A stretch of DNA of 64,000 bases from Octopus vulgaris (Eukaryota). The position numbers and the translations under genes are program-made. The notes beneath the pieces were generated by a model. The model was not told the origin of the DNA, ran no database searches, and saw only the letters and a list, made by a program, of their open reading frames with translations. The stretch is from assembly GCA_951406725.2 (NCBI GenBank), contig OX597825.1, positions 34,906,001-34,970,000 on the forward strand, in the 5' to 3' direction. This document shows positions 13,251 through 27,520 of this stretch, piece by piece. Numbering within the stretch: position 1 is the stretch's first letter; each line of letters opens with the position of its first letter.

Positions 13251-14639
13251 GTAAGTAGCTTAATTCTATACCACTTTTAAATTAGTGTTAACATATTAAT
13301 AATGTTAATACTAATAGGATTAGAAACTAGAAATAATTATATAATGATAAAGGTAAACAATATTAGCTGTTAAAATTTTCATTTTGTTGGCAAGCATGGG
13401 AGACAACTCTTCTCATGTGCTGGTATTATTTACACCTTATCAGTGAAGCACAAATTTTGTAACTGTTAAATTTGAAACCTTTTAAAATTTTAACTCATTT
13501 ATCTTGAAAATTCATCTTTCTTGAAAGCAACAACCCAAATTTCAGCCTGAGGTTAAATCACTTCATGGTGGTTTGATCCCTGCACTGCTATTATTCTTCA
13601 ATAACTTTCACTTCAAGAAAAAAAATCAAAAGAAAATTATAACTTGTTGATGTTTTAGTGTAACCTCAGTTTAGTCATCAATGAACAAACCTATGATGAA
13701 AAGTGTTCCAGCATATTTTTTTTACTTGATTACATATTCAGTTTCTTTAATATTTTATGACAGTAAAGAGTAATTTGATTGCTGTTTTAGCAGATTGAGT
13801 AACCATACAGAGATGCTCCAAGTAAACTTGAACTGTAACAGATGCATGACAAAGCAACTTGAAAAGATTAAAAAAGTAACACATTTTAATCATGAGTATT
13901 TATGGATGAATCTAGAATATCCAAACTATTCTTATATCGTTTATCATTTTCTTGCTTTGTCATCAGACTGTGGCCATGCTGGGGCACCATCTTCAAGAGT
14001 TTAGTCAGACAAATAGACCAATTATTTTTAAAGTCTGCTAATTATTCTATTGATCTCTTTTGTTGAAGTGCTAAGTTACAGGGAAACAAAACAACATCAG
14101 TTGTTAAGCAGTGTGAGGTGGGGACAAACAAATAAACACACACACACACACACACACACACATATGATGGGCTTCCACAGTTTCCATCAACTAAATTCAC
14201 TCACAAGACATTAGTCACCTGGTGCTATAGTATAAAATACTTATGGTGCAGTGAAGTGGGACTATCCAGTTATAATGTTAGGGCCCTGCTCTGCTTCAAG
14301 GACAAACTGAAGGTATCTCTGAATCATATATGGATGAATATTATGATTTAGGATTGATATCCATCTAATGAGGAACCCTAGAAAAAAGTTATACCTCAGA
14401 ATGATCACTTTATCTAACAGATAAAACGAAACCTGCTCTCATTTCATATTTGCAATGATAACAAATAGAAATGCTCTATTATTACATATATTACATATAC
14501 GAGCAAAACACCCCCCGTCCAATGGACAGTGCTGAGTTGTCAAACATTTAAACCAAATTTTCTCAAAACAACTTGTCCAACCGTCCCATATACCTCCCCT
14601 TTGAGAAACACTGATTTAACCTAAATTTGAGACACCAGC

Positions 14640-15043
14640 AAAAGAAGAAATAAAGATAGACTTTTTTTCTATTCCAAAGAAAAACGATTTTATTCATACA
14701 AATATGCAGCCGAAGAGTTTAAAGTTCCTGTAATGATAAGGCTGTTGACTGGGAGAACACAAACAAGGTTTAAGCAGTAAGCTTAGTAGGAAAGAAATGT
14801 GGCTTTAAGCAGTGCAAAAACAACAAGAAATGGAAGGTGCAGGTTGACGGAAGTAAAGCAGGACAAAAACGGCTTTATTGATCGCATTCTCATCTGGAAT
14901 CGATTTTTGTAATTTTTTCAAGACTTATACTCGTCCTGAAACCCCCGGTATCTACATATCAAATTTGAGCGCAATCGGATGGAGGATGCCCGAGATCTGA
15001 GAAGACACACACACACAGACAGAACGGATTTTATATAAGAGAT
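14640..15043 (-). mobile_element. Helitron-like 5' end fragment
   Basis: Minus strand starts a-TCTCTTATATAAAA followed by ctgtctgtgtgtg. Confidence 0.45.
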
Positions 15044-15300
15044 AATGCAACCCTTCATTGTGGACTGTGATAGTCAATAAAATAGCAATAAAATTTTTAA
15101 ATTCACTCAGTACCAAATGGTCTCTAGCCTGGTACCAAATGGTCTGCAAGCTAGTACTGGTCTAGCATAGACATCATGGCTGGGATGCCTGTGCTAGATT
15201 ATGGCTCACCAAAGGCTAACCAACAACAAGTCCATGATTTTGCTACATCTCTGTTTCACTTTTATTTTATTTTTTCTAATAAATTTCTTGTAATTTCCAG

Positions 15301-15462
15301 GTACAAACCATTCATGTAAGGACTTTTGTTCCATTGGACCTCAGAAAAGAATTTGAAGCACTTGCTCAAGGAATTCTTGCTGATTTTGAAACAGAGAAGA
15401 ATAAATTTTCATCTTCATTATTGTCTTCATGGAGGTTTAAGAGAAGAAAATTCACAGATAAA
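15301..15462 (+). CDS. CTC1: CTC1 exon, VQTIHVRTFVPLDLRKEFEALAQGILADFETEKNKFSSSLLSSWRFKRRKFTDK
   Basis: tttccag acceptor, open frame, phase 0 to 0. The donor (gtataa) is weak, so the 3' boundary is less certain. Confidence 0.72.
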
Positions 15463-15997
15463 GTATAATTATACAATTTATCAATTAATCAAAGTCACCT
15501 CTCCCCCTTGAATATTCTTACCCACTTAGTAGTGGGGGCATATTCCTTTTTCTTTGTTTTCTTTTTCCTGTTTTGCAAGTTTGTTGGCAACCCCTTTGGT
15601 ACTGGCAGTACAAAAAAAGCACCAAGTAGTTTAGATAAATTATGTTATTGAGACGTTGGAACGCATAGGGTGGGAAGGATAGCATGATAAGGGTGGGATT
15701 TTAAGAGATGGGAAGTAGGAGCGGAATAGTGAGGGTGGTACAGTAGGGATGGAATAGTTAGGGTGATATAAGGGTGGAATGGTACTGATTAGCTGAAGTG
15801 GATTAGAGTGGAATGGTTAGGATTATTGTTGTTTAGCTCCAGGGGAGCCATGACTGAGCAGGCCTATGGTCAGAGGCATTTTGGCAGAAATCAAACCATT
15901 TTCATCTTTTATTGAGATATAGTGTGTCTAAGACTGTAGGGTGTGGTTTGAAGGATGTTTGACTGCTATCTTTAATTGATCAACTAACCATTTAGTG

Positions 15998-16502
15998 CAG
16001 TGGTTCTCAACCATTTATTGTCACTGGACCCCATTTTGTTACTACTTTATTCTGGTGGACCCCAACAGTTATTTGATGTTTAAAAACTAATATTACAGAT
16101 ACTTCTTTCAAAATTCTGAATCAGTGGCTGGAAACATGTTAAACTATGTAAAAGGTTAGAGTAAGAAACCTAGCTGTTTCTTGCAACAAATACATCTAAA
16201 GAACAATTTTTTCATGGGCCTTTAAAATACTACTGTAGACCATGGCTGATGTTGGAGTCACATAACTGGCACCTGTGCTGGTTGCATGTAAAAAGCACCC
16301 ATTACACTCTTGGAGGTGGTTGGCATTAGGAAGGGCATTCAGCTGTAGAAACCATGCCAAATCAGACTGGATCCTTACCAGCTTCTGTCAATCCATCTAA
16401 CCAATGTCAGCATGGAAAGCAGATGCTAAATGATGATGATGGACCCCCAGAAATCTTATATAGATCTTTAGGGGTCATATGGATCCTGGCTGAGAACCAC
16501 TG
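15998..16502. mobile_element. hAT MITE with nested RTE-tail insertion
   Basis: CAGTGGTTCTCAACC...GGCTGAGAACCACTG. Confidence 0.7.
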
Positions 16503-16870
16503 TGGTAAAGATGCAATGGTTAGGACAGGGTTGTTTCATATAGAATGGGATTGTTATGGGTGCATTGCTTTTCATTATGAGTTTCCTTAGTCAAGGCTGA
16601 CCTGGGGTTAAATAGCAACAGCAGCAATCAGGAGTAGATATTTTGTCTTAGGAGAATATTCTTTGAGAAGTCAAGTAAGTATTCTTTTTCCTGTTGCTTG
16701 TTTCAGTCATTAGACTGTGGCCATACTGGGGCACAGACTTGAAAAACTTAGTCGAATGAATGAATCGACCCCACTGTTTATTTTTTTAAAAACCTTGTAC
16801 ATATTCTATTGGTGTCTTTTGCTGAACCACTAGGTTATGGGCGTATAAGAACACCAACACTGATTGTCAA

Positions 16871-16931
<61 letters not shown>

Positions 16932-17187
16932 ATATATATATGTATAGTATAGGCTTCTTTCAGTTTCCATCTGCAAAATCCACTCACAACACTTTGGTCA
17001 GCCCGTGCTATATAACAGAAAACACTTGCCCAAGGTGCTATACTGTGGGACTGAACCCAGAACCATGTGTCTGGGAAACAAATTTCTTACTACACAGCCA
17101 GACTTGAACCTATTCTTGTGAATTCTTTAGTAGAAAACCCTATAATTTACAATATCACTTGTAATCATCTTCATTCCAATTATTGAT

Positions 17188-17421
17188 TTAACCCTTTTGG
17201 TACCACTCCATCTAAGACCACCTCTGATTTTATGATACAATCTTCCTGTTTTAAAATTATAGCAATTAAAATCTTCTATCAATATTTCATGTTAATTTAA
17301 ACTCCTAACACCAGTCTAATAATGACAAAGCTATTTTACTACATTCTTCATTATATTTAAAATTATTTGAAGGAAATGTAGTGTATTTCACTAACAAAAA
17401 TATGATATCAAAGGGGGTTAA
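17188..17421. mobile_element. piggyBac-like MITE; related copy at 33088-33308
   Basis: TTAA-CCCTTTT...AAAGGGGG-TTAA. Confidence 0.7.
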
Positions 17422-17492
17422 CCTAAATAGTTTTATGTTTGATTTTTGATGGTTTGGTTTCTATGTTTATTTGTTTGATTTTTATTTTTCAG

Positions 17493-18138
17493 GTGCTTGT
17501 TGGTTATTTATCATTAAACCCAGACACTGGCCATCTTTGCTTCACTGACCAATTCCACAGCATCAATGCAGTCTGCCAGTTTTGGACTTTCAACCAAACA
17601 TCATATCATCACCGTTGTTCCGGAAATTGCGTAATTAAGAGAAATGATGAAACGTTTAACTTCTCATGTCCTTATTTGCACACTTGGTGTCTAGGAAAAT
17701 TGATTGCTCTGGACTGTTTCCAATTAGTTTTGGAAGTATTCATAAATAATTCTACTGGCATTAACAAAACTGAAGCCACTTTGAGCTTATTAGACAGCTC
17801 AAAATTCAGACTGGTTAAATATCTGCAATTTTCGTTGCAAGATGCAGTCATTATGGAAGATATTTCTCGGCCATCTTTTCAATACTGGAGAAAAATTTCT
17901 AATAAAACTAACCAGCTTCAAGCAACTTTTTCAGATTGTGATCTTTGCACCTGTCAAGTTTATTTAATGACTTACAAAGAATCTTTGATGGAAAACCTGT
18001 TTCATAAAAGAAAGGTATCCTCATCGCAATTTATGACCCATGGATATTTCTTGGGGAAGCCATTTACTCTGCCAGTTCGTTGTATCTTTGAAGCAGCTAC
18101 TAAATTCCTGCATACTAAAGACAGCAAATCTACTCAAG
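17493..18138 (+). CDS. CTC1: CTC1 large exon (646 nt), VLVGYLSLNPDTGHLCFTDQFHSINAV...ATKFLHTKDSKSTQ
   Basis: Lies within ORF 17439..18215; ttttcag acceptor, gtaatg donor, phase 0 to 1. The start resembles CTC1 [26 protein letters not shown]. Confidence 0.9.
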
Positions 18139-18178
18139 GTAATGTATTATTTTTGAGTTTTCCCTCATCACCTTGTTA

Positions 18179-19050
18179 TTCATCATCATCATTTAACATT
18201 CGCTTTCTATGCTAGCATGGGTTGGACGATTTGACTGAGGACTGGCGAACCAGATGGCTGCACCAAAATGGCAGAGTTTCTACAGCTGGATGCCATTCCT
18301 AACGCCAACCACTTTGAGAGTGTAGTGGGTGCTTTTATGTGCCACCGGTACAAGGCCAGTCTGGCGGTACTGGCAACGGCCACGCTCAAAATAGTGTTTT
18401 TTACGTGCCACCTGCACAGGAGTCAGTCCAGTGGCACTGGCAACGACCTTGCTCAAATGTTTTGTTCACATGCCACTAAGGCCACGCTGGTAACGATCAC
18501 GCTCAAATGATGCTTTTTACGTGCCACCGGCATGGAAGCCATATAGCTGCTCCTGCAGTGATACCACTCAGATGGAGCTGTTAGTGCTCCACTGGCACAG
18601 GTGCCAGTCATCGAATCTGGTTTAATTTCGATTTCACTATTCATCATCATCATCATCATTTAACATTCGCTTTCTATGCTAGCATGGGTTGGACGATTTG
18701 ACTGAGGACTGGCGAACCAGATGGCTGTGCCAAAATGACAGAGTTTCTACAGCTGGATGCCATTCCTGACGCCAACCACTTCGAGAGTGTAGTGGGTGCT
18801 TTTATGTGCTACCGGCACGAGGGCCAGTCTGGTGGTACTGGCAACGGCCACACTCAAATGGTGTTTTTTATGTGCCACCAGCACAGGAGTGAGTCCAGCG
18901 GCACTGGCAATGACCTCACTCGCATGTTTTGTTCACATGCCAGTAAGGCTACGTTGGTAACGATCACGCTCAAATGGTGCTTTTTACGTGCCCACTGGCA
19001 CGGAAGCCAGACAGCTGCTCTGGCAGTGATCCCGCTCGGATGGAGCCGTT
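18179..19050 (-). mobile_element. Tandemly duplicated RTE-tail element (period about 467 bp)
   Basis: 18181-18640 is repeated at 18648-19050. Confidence 0.85.
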
Positions 19051-19579
19051 ATTATTGTTGTTTAACCCAGGACCAGTCCTGATTGAGCCAGAGTAAGACC
19101 TGTAGATAGTCTGTTGTTGTTCTTATTGTCCTTTAGCCCCAAGATCGATTTAGTCAAGCAGAACTGTGAAAAAAGACATCCTATCTGTGAGTATCCCTTG
19201 TTGGCTAGTATAGCTACTACATAAGATAGAGTAAATTCAGTTATAAAGTGTGTCAGTGCATCTTATTGTTTAGCCCTTTACATATATATATATATATATA
19301 TACATTATATATATATATATATGTATATATATGTATATATATATATATATATATGTGTATATATATGTATATATATATATGTGTATATATATGTATATAT
19401 ATATATCTATATATATTGTGTATATATATATATATATAGGATGGATTTCTATCAGTTCTACCTAGCAAATTCACTCACATGGCTTAGGTCACCACTATAG
19501 TAGAAGACACTTGCCCAGGGCACCACACAGTGGGACTGAATCTGAAACCAAGTTGTTGAGAAGCAAACGTTTTACCACG

Positions 19580-19959
19580 CAACCATTCCTGCACCTGTTC
19601 CATCTGTGTTAATTAAAATGTTAATATATTGCTGATAACTGCTAAAACAGTCAAGCTAGCACAAATTAAAATATGAAACTAAGTAAAAGAAGGCAACATA
19701 TGCAATCAGAGAGAAGTGGTGGGGTTATCTTGATACTAGAGGTAACAAATAGATGAAGACCAGGTGTGATTAGTTTTGAATAACTAATACTGACCTAAGG
19801 GTGACTAGATGTTTTAGAGCATGGTTAATTATTTACACTTTTTTTATACCAACCACCAGAGAAATCCATTTGCTTTGTAATACAAAACTTCATATTTTAA
19901 AGTATTCATAATTAAATTAAAATATTCCATCAGAATTTTACCATATTTTCCAGGATACA
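19580..19959 (+). repeat. Near-identical 380-bp direct repeat; second copy at 33339-33723
   Basis: Base-by-base match with only a few substitutions and small indels. Confidence 0.92.
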
Positions 19960-20337
19960 AATTGATGTAGCATATGGAGTAAACATGTAGTGTAAACATT
20001 CAAACATCTTTGCTATCTTTCCAAATCCTGTAGCATTTCATGTGGAATTTTTGGTCCACCAAAATTGTCTTGATATATAAATCAGTCTACCTTTTTCTGG
20101 CTGTAAAATTTTGTATGAAAAATTCAATTTGTATGCTAGAAAATACAAAGTGTAAGAATCACTAGCTAAGTTATTCTCCAAACACCAGCTTACTAAAATT
20201 CTAAATATCCTTCCACTTTTTAAATGGTTTCAGTTATTGGACAGGGACTGTGCTGGGAAACTGATATATATATATATAATAAATAAATATACATATATTT
20301 ATATATACACACACACACACACATATATATATATTAC

Positions 20338-20372
<35 letters not shown>

Positions 20373-20854
20373 ATATATATGTATATATATATGAGGCACA
20401 GGAGTGGCTGTGTGGTAAGTAGCTTGGGTTCAGTCCCACTGCATGGCACCTTGGGCAAGTGTCTTTTACTATAGCCTTGGGCCGACCAAAGCCTTGTGAG
20501 TAGATTTGGTAGAAGGAAACTGAAAGAAGCCCGTCGTATATATGTATATATATATATATATACGTGTGTGTTTGTGTGTCTGTGTTTGTCCCCACCAACA
20601 TCGCTTGACAACCGATGCTAGTGTGTTTATGTTCCCGTAACTTAGCGGTTCGGCAAAAGAGACCGCTAGAATAAGTTCTGGGGTCGATTTGCTTGATAAA
20701 GGCGGTGCTACAGTATGGCTGCAGTCAAATGACTGAAACAAGTAAAAGCATAAAAGCATATATATATATACATATATACATGTATATATATATATTATGT
20801 ATATATATATTATTATATATATTATATATATATATATGTGTGTGTGTATATATA

Positions 20855-20894
<40 letters not shown>

Positions 20895-20949
20895 CACACA
20901 CACTGAAAGAAGCCCGTCGTATATATGTATATATATATATATATATATG

Positions 20950-21069
<120 letters not shown>

Positions 21070-21143
21070 AAAATAAAAACAAAAAAAAAAAAAAAACACA
21101 CACACATATACAACACACACACACACATATATACAACAAAACA

Positions 21144-21793
<650 letters not shown>

Positions 21794-21794
21794 T

Positions 21795-22086
21795 CCTCTT
21801 TGAATTTTTTGTCCCATGTCCAAATCTGCATTACCATTGGTGACGTTTTAGAGAACTCTCTCACAAATGCACGCTGCACAGTCTTGTTCGACTGCATTCA
21901 AGCATACTCCAACACACAAAACGCTTTTTCTCTTCCAGTGAATGTCCATTTCTATACCCGAAAAGATGAACATATCATGTATTAAAAATATAATTTTGAC
22001 ACTGTTAAAATTTGAAGTCATTTGAACAAGGACTGGTAAAGTTATTAGATTGCAAAATGATATCAAAATTTTTGGAACACCCTGTA
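21795..22086 (-). mobile_element. Tc1/mariner-type end fragment
   Basis: Ends in ttttggaacaccctgta (TA-CAGGGTGTTCC). Confidence 0.55.
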
Positions 22087-23935
22087 TTTTGTAATATTGG
22101 TTTCAAATTTTGGCACAAGGGCAGTAATTTCAGGAGAAGGAGAAGGGGTGGGTCGATTATATTGACTCCAGTGCTCAACTGGTACTTATTTTACCAACCC
22201 TCAAAGGATTAAAGGCAAACTTGGTGGAATTTGAATGTAGAACATAAAGACATGATTTGTCACTAATCATTTTGCCTGGTGTGCTAATGATTTTGGCAGC
22301 TCACCACCATTTTGTATTTAGTAATATTGGCTTCAAATTTTGGTACAAGGCCAGCAGTTTTGGGGAGGGAGCAAGTCAATTACATTGACCCCAATGCTCA
22401 ACTGGCTCTTATTTTATCAACCTGAAAAGAAGAAAGGTAATGTTGACCTTGGTAGAATTTGAACTCAGAATGTAAGGATGGATGAAATATCACTAAGCAT
22501 TTTGCCTGGTTTGCTAATGATTCTGCCAACTCATCACCTTTGTATTTTGTAATATTAATTATCATTATCACACATATCTTGAGGGAAATATGTAACTGTG
22601 TATGTATGTATGAATATATTCCTTGTGCAGTTCTCACCCATCATTTCTGTTTAATTTTTGTAGGGTATGGGGATAGTTTTTAGGGTATGCTAGATCAAAA
22701 GAGGTTGCTAGCTCCTTAAACAAACATGCTTAGGTCTTTCCTCATTTGGGGTTGATAAAATGAAAAAGTACTTGTTGAACACTGGGGTCAATGTGTTAAC
22801 TTATCCTCTCTCTTCTATAGTCAAAAGACACTTGCCCAAGGTGCCAGGCAGTGGGATTGAACCCAAAACCAGGTGGTTGCAAGGCAAGCTTCTTAACCAC
22901 ACAGTCATGCCTGTGCTTATGTAAATACATGCATCCATACATATTTAAGAATATAGCAATAGAATATATTTCAACCATCAGAGACTACAGCAGTTAGTAG
23001 CATCCACACACTCATTGTTACATAGAAAAACAATTTCTTTCAACTTAGCAAAACATGGCTTTGAATGCAGATGTGAAAAGAAATGAGACAAACTTGCTCT
23101 GCTGATGCATAGTGCTTAGTGTACATGAACAAACCAAAGACAAGATGGGTTGAGAGAAAAACTGGGTATAAGAGGGATAAGTTATATTATGCAAGTGGGA
23201 AGTCTACACTAGTAAGGACATGTGATGTGACTGAAGGATGGTAGCTGGATAAAGTAGTGGTATGTTATCCAAATGAAAGGCATAAAATGGTGAGAATGAT
23301 AATGATTGGTGACCAATAGGCATACAAAATACCATCAAATGTTGACAACAATTGACAAATAAATTCATCCACTCATAGTGATTCTTTCTTTGTCTTTCTC
23401 TCGTTCTCTCTCTGTCAATATCTTACAATTAACTGCACAGTACTGGGAAAGGGTCATAGGTAGGGGACCAGAAATGTCAAGGGAGGGGGTAAATTAATCA
23501 CTGATTCCTGATATCCAATTAGTAGCTATCTTATTGATGCCAAAATGATGAAAGGTGAAGTTAACCTTGGTGGAATTTAAACTCAAAACACAGAGCTGGA
23601 AGAAATGGTTCTAAGCATTTTGTCCAACTCATTAAAGGTTCTGGCAGCTCACAACCTTGACTTATTTGATAATATTGTCATAGATATGCCATGCCTGATG
23701 AAAAAAAACGTCAAGATACTCTTTACTTTCTCTCTCTCTTTTACTTGTTTCAGTCATTTGACTGTGGCCATGCTGGAGCACTGCCTTTAGTCGAGCAAAT
23801 CAACCCCAGAACTTATTTTTTGGAAGCCTAGTACTTATTCTATCAGCCTCTTTTGCCAAACTGCTAAGTTATGGGGATGTAAACACACCAGAATCGGTTG
23901 TCAAGCGATGTTGGGGGACAAACACAGACACACAA

Positions 23936-23983
<48 letters not shown>

Positions 23984-24432
23984 GTGTGTATATATATATC
24001 ATCATCATCATCACGGACGTTAAACGATGATGATGATGATGATGATGATGATGATATATATATACACATATATATGATGGGCTTCTTTCAGTTTCTGTCT
24101 ACACAATCCACTCACAAGGCTTTGGTCGGCCCGAGGCTATAGTAGAAGACACGTGCCCAAGGTGCCACGCAGTGGGACTGAACCCGGAACCATGTGGTTG
24201 GTAAGCAAGCTACTTACCACACAGCCACTCCTGTGCCTAGATGTTCATGTCTGGAATGCCAATGAACATAATTCTGCTCAATCAAGATTGGCCTGAGGCT
24301 AAATAGCCACATTTAATCTAACAATTTATTGTGTTGGTCATTTCCCATTGAACATGCAACCTCAATCTTACTTGACCTTAACTGGTCAATTTATTCAGTG
24401 TGTTATTTCATTCTTTGTTTTCATCTCACCAG

Positions 24433-24548
24433 TGAAGGAAAGTTCCCTTGATGGTAAAATCTCAGAAAGTCTGCTGGATGCCATACACTATGAGCAAACT
24501 GTCATTTCCTTCCAAGACAATGCCTCAAAATGGTATAATACTATGCAG
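24433..24548 (+). CDS. CTC1: CTC1 exon, (V)KESSLDGKISESLLDAIHYEQTVISFQDNASKWYNTMQ
   Basis: caccag acceptor, gtcagt donor, phase 1 to 0. ISFQDNASKWYNTM resembles CTC1 LIFFGSSVRWFEFL. Confidence 0.85.
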
Positions 24549-25014
24549 GTCAGTAGTATTCTGAAGTAATGTTTTCTTTTAACCTTTTCTTTTGTTTACA
24601 CTTTTTATCTACTGGATCACAGCTGACCTGAGGATAAACAACATTAACAAAAAGCTCACCATTTTTTTATCTACAAAACTTTCCCTTTGAAGATGACATA
24701 ACAATGGAAGTGGGGGAAAAAGGAAAGCAAGGAAGAAAAAGAAAAATAAGAAATAACGATGTACACAGAAAGAGTAGAGTGATAGAAAGTTGAAACATAC
24801 AAAAGAAGGAAGGTGGAAGAGAGAAAAGAAAAAGCAAAAAAGAAAGACAAAACAAAACAAAAAAAAGAAAAAAGCTACACCCGAATGGGATAGAATAGTT
24901 AAGAATAAATCCAGCTGGCTTCACATCCAGTTTGGAGCAATTTGATTCCATGTATGTTTCCAGCAAGCTCCTAAACAAACTATAATATGTCCACGTTAAC
25001 AGTGGCTAAAATAC

Positions 25015-25345
25015 ATTGTAATGGTGCCGGTAGCACATAAAAAGCACCATCCGAACGTGGCCGATGCCAGCGCCACCTTGGCTGGCTTCCGTGCCAGTGG
25101 CACGTTAAAAGCACCAACCAATTGTGGCCGATGCCAGACACCCCTGGCACCTGTGCAGGTGGCATGTAAAAAGCACCCACTACCCTCGCGGAGTGGTTCG
25201 CGTTAGGAAGGGCATCCAGCTGTAGAAACACTGCCAGATCAGACTGGAGCCTGGTGCAGCCCCTGGCTTCCCAGATCCTGGTCGAACCGTCCAACCCATG
25301 CTAGCGCGGAAAACGGACGTTAAACGATGATGATGATGATGATGT
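25015..25345 (+). mobile_element. RTE-tail element, CpG-intact copy; related copies at 8863-9115 (-), 9990-10292, 11880-12032, 16250-16440, 45490-45960 (-), 58710-59040
   Basis: aaaagcacccac...aggaagggcatccagctgtagaaac...gtccaacccatgctagc...gacgttaaacgatgatg. Confidence 0.8.
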
Positions 25346-25378
<33 letters not shown>

Positions 25379-25999
25379 TATCCATCCTTGGACTGCCTCC
25401 CTCAAACCAAATTGGGCTGCAGTAGTGAAGCTCTATGTTGTTTCTATGCATAACACCACTGATAAATGCAGTGAAACCACAACTGTTTTTGCTCTGAGTT
25501 CACCATGTCTGCTCTGCTGTGACCACCACCAAAGTAACCACTATGTAGTCATTTGACCTGCTGGAAGTGGCAGAAATTTTCCCACAAATCATAAATTACT
25601 ACCTTAAATATGAGACACATAAGATAATATAGATCAGTGCTTCTCAACTGGGGTCCATATGGCCCTTGGGGTACATATAAGATTCATTTGCAATAATTTT
25701 GGTAGTAGTAGGATTCATAGAAGAAGTTTCATGGGAATATTGAATTCATAAGCGGTCCCCGACATCCTGCATGCATATCCCGAGTGACGGGATACCCTGT
25801 TTGCTGCGGAGTCTCCACAGACGTAGGGACAGAACAACCTTGAAGCTGCCAGTTGCCGATCAGACGCCTCTTGGAATTTTCACCAGAGCCCCGTTGGCCA
25901 GGCTGCAGTCCTAATACCACTCGGTATAATAATTTGGTGATACCTTTACAATACACAAAATATTTTAGCAATTTTTTAAAATACAATTCTTTATGTATG

Positions 26000-26048
<49 letters not shown>

Positions 26049-26604
26049 AATTGTATAAAAATGTCATAGGATTCTTTCAATCCTATGATATATATATATA
26101 TGTATATATATAAAAATTTCATAGGATTTTTTTTTTAATCTTATGATATATGTATATAAATGTCATAGGATTTTTTTTATCCCATGATATTTTTTTATAA
26201 TACTAAAAACTCTAGGGATATTTGTCTATACCCGAAGTATCTCAGAAATAGTATATCTTTTTTTTTTTTTTGCATATTTATTTTCATACTTACCTTTGGC
26301 AGTGCAGTACAGATTTTTGTGACATTTGGACCTCCATGTGGTCGCTTTCATTTCTTTGCCAAACGATGTCCGAGATGCTAAGCTAAGATTACTTCCTCTT
26401 CCTTTCTTTCTTTCTCTCTCATTTTCCATCCCTGGTTTGCATTTGCCGTTAATACCTTAAATGTTTTATTTACTAACAGCTTGTTGTTTTTTTCACTGAC
26501 TATCTTATGTTCTGTTCTGTCTAGAAATTTGTCACCACCCCATCCAGTTATCTCTTTTCCCAATTCCTCCTCCTTCACTGGTGCTGTTCCCTATATTCCT
26601 GCAC

Positions 26605-27050
26605 TCTCTCTTATCTCTCTCCCTCTTTGTCTATCTCTCTCCCTCACTTTCTCTATCTCTCTCCCTCTCTTTATCTCTCTCCTTCGCTATCTCTCTCCCT
26701 CTCTATCTCTCCCCTCTCTTTATCCCTCTCCCTCTCTTTCTCTATCTCTCTCCCTCTCTTTCTCTCTCTCTCTCCCTCTCTTTCTCTATCTCACTCCCTC
26801 TCTTTCTCTATCTCACTCCCTCTCTTTCTCTATCTCTCTCCTTCTCTATCTCTCTCCCCCTCTATCTCTCCCCTCTCTCTATCTCTCTCCCTCTCTTTCT
26901 CTATCTCTCTTCCTCTCTTTCTCTATCTCTCTCCCTCTCTTTCTCTATCTCTCTCCCTCTCTTTCTCTATCTCTCTCCCTCACTTTCTCTATCTCGCTCC
27001 CTCTCTTTCTCTATCTCTCTCCCTCTCTTTCTTTATCTATCTCCCTCAGG
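26605..27050. repeat. Pyrimidine-rich minisatellite (ctctctttctctatctctctcc, about 22-bp unit)
   Basis: Direct reading. Confidence 0.85.
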
Positions 27051-27520
27051 TATCAGCCCACCTACTTAACCAGCTATCTCTCGTTCCATTTTCATTCTGT
27101 ATAGAAACACGCCTACCACTACCCAGGAATTTTTCCTTGGCCTTATGAAATGAAGGAGAAAGCTATTAGGCTGCCCATGTGTACTTATTTCTGAGTGTGG
27201 GTGTGCTTGTGTATATATAGGAATGAGCTTGTTTCCTCTGTCTGTCTGAACCCTTCCCCGCTGGTGGTACCCTCCATTATTCCTGCAACCCCGCTCTACC
27301 CGGGCAATGCAACCATTTCAGCTGACACCTTCCTAACCTAACATTGGAATATCCATATTTGCCAATTTGCTACTCTGCTTGAATCTGCATCATTCATGAC
27401 CATAATGCTTATACTTACAATGCTACTAACACCAGCTCCTACCTCCAGTAGGGACAACATTCTTAACATGCTTGAATGTTGTCAGGTCAAAAGAGAGGAA
27501 GAAAAGAGAAAGAATGAAGC

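Noticed and set aside
14360-14440. CTAATGAGG...CCTCAGAA hammerhead-like string
   Set aside because: Too many core changes to call from one copy.
26481-27148. Leu/Ser-rich ORFs in three frames
   Set aside because: A pyrimidine minisatellite that lacks stop codons.
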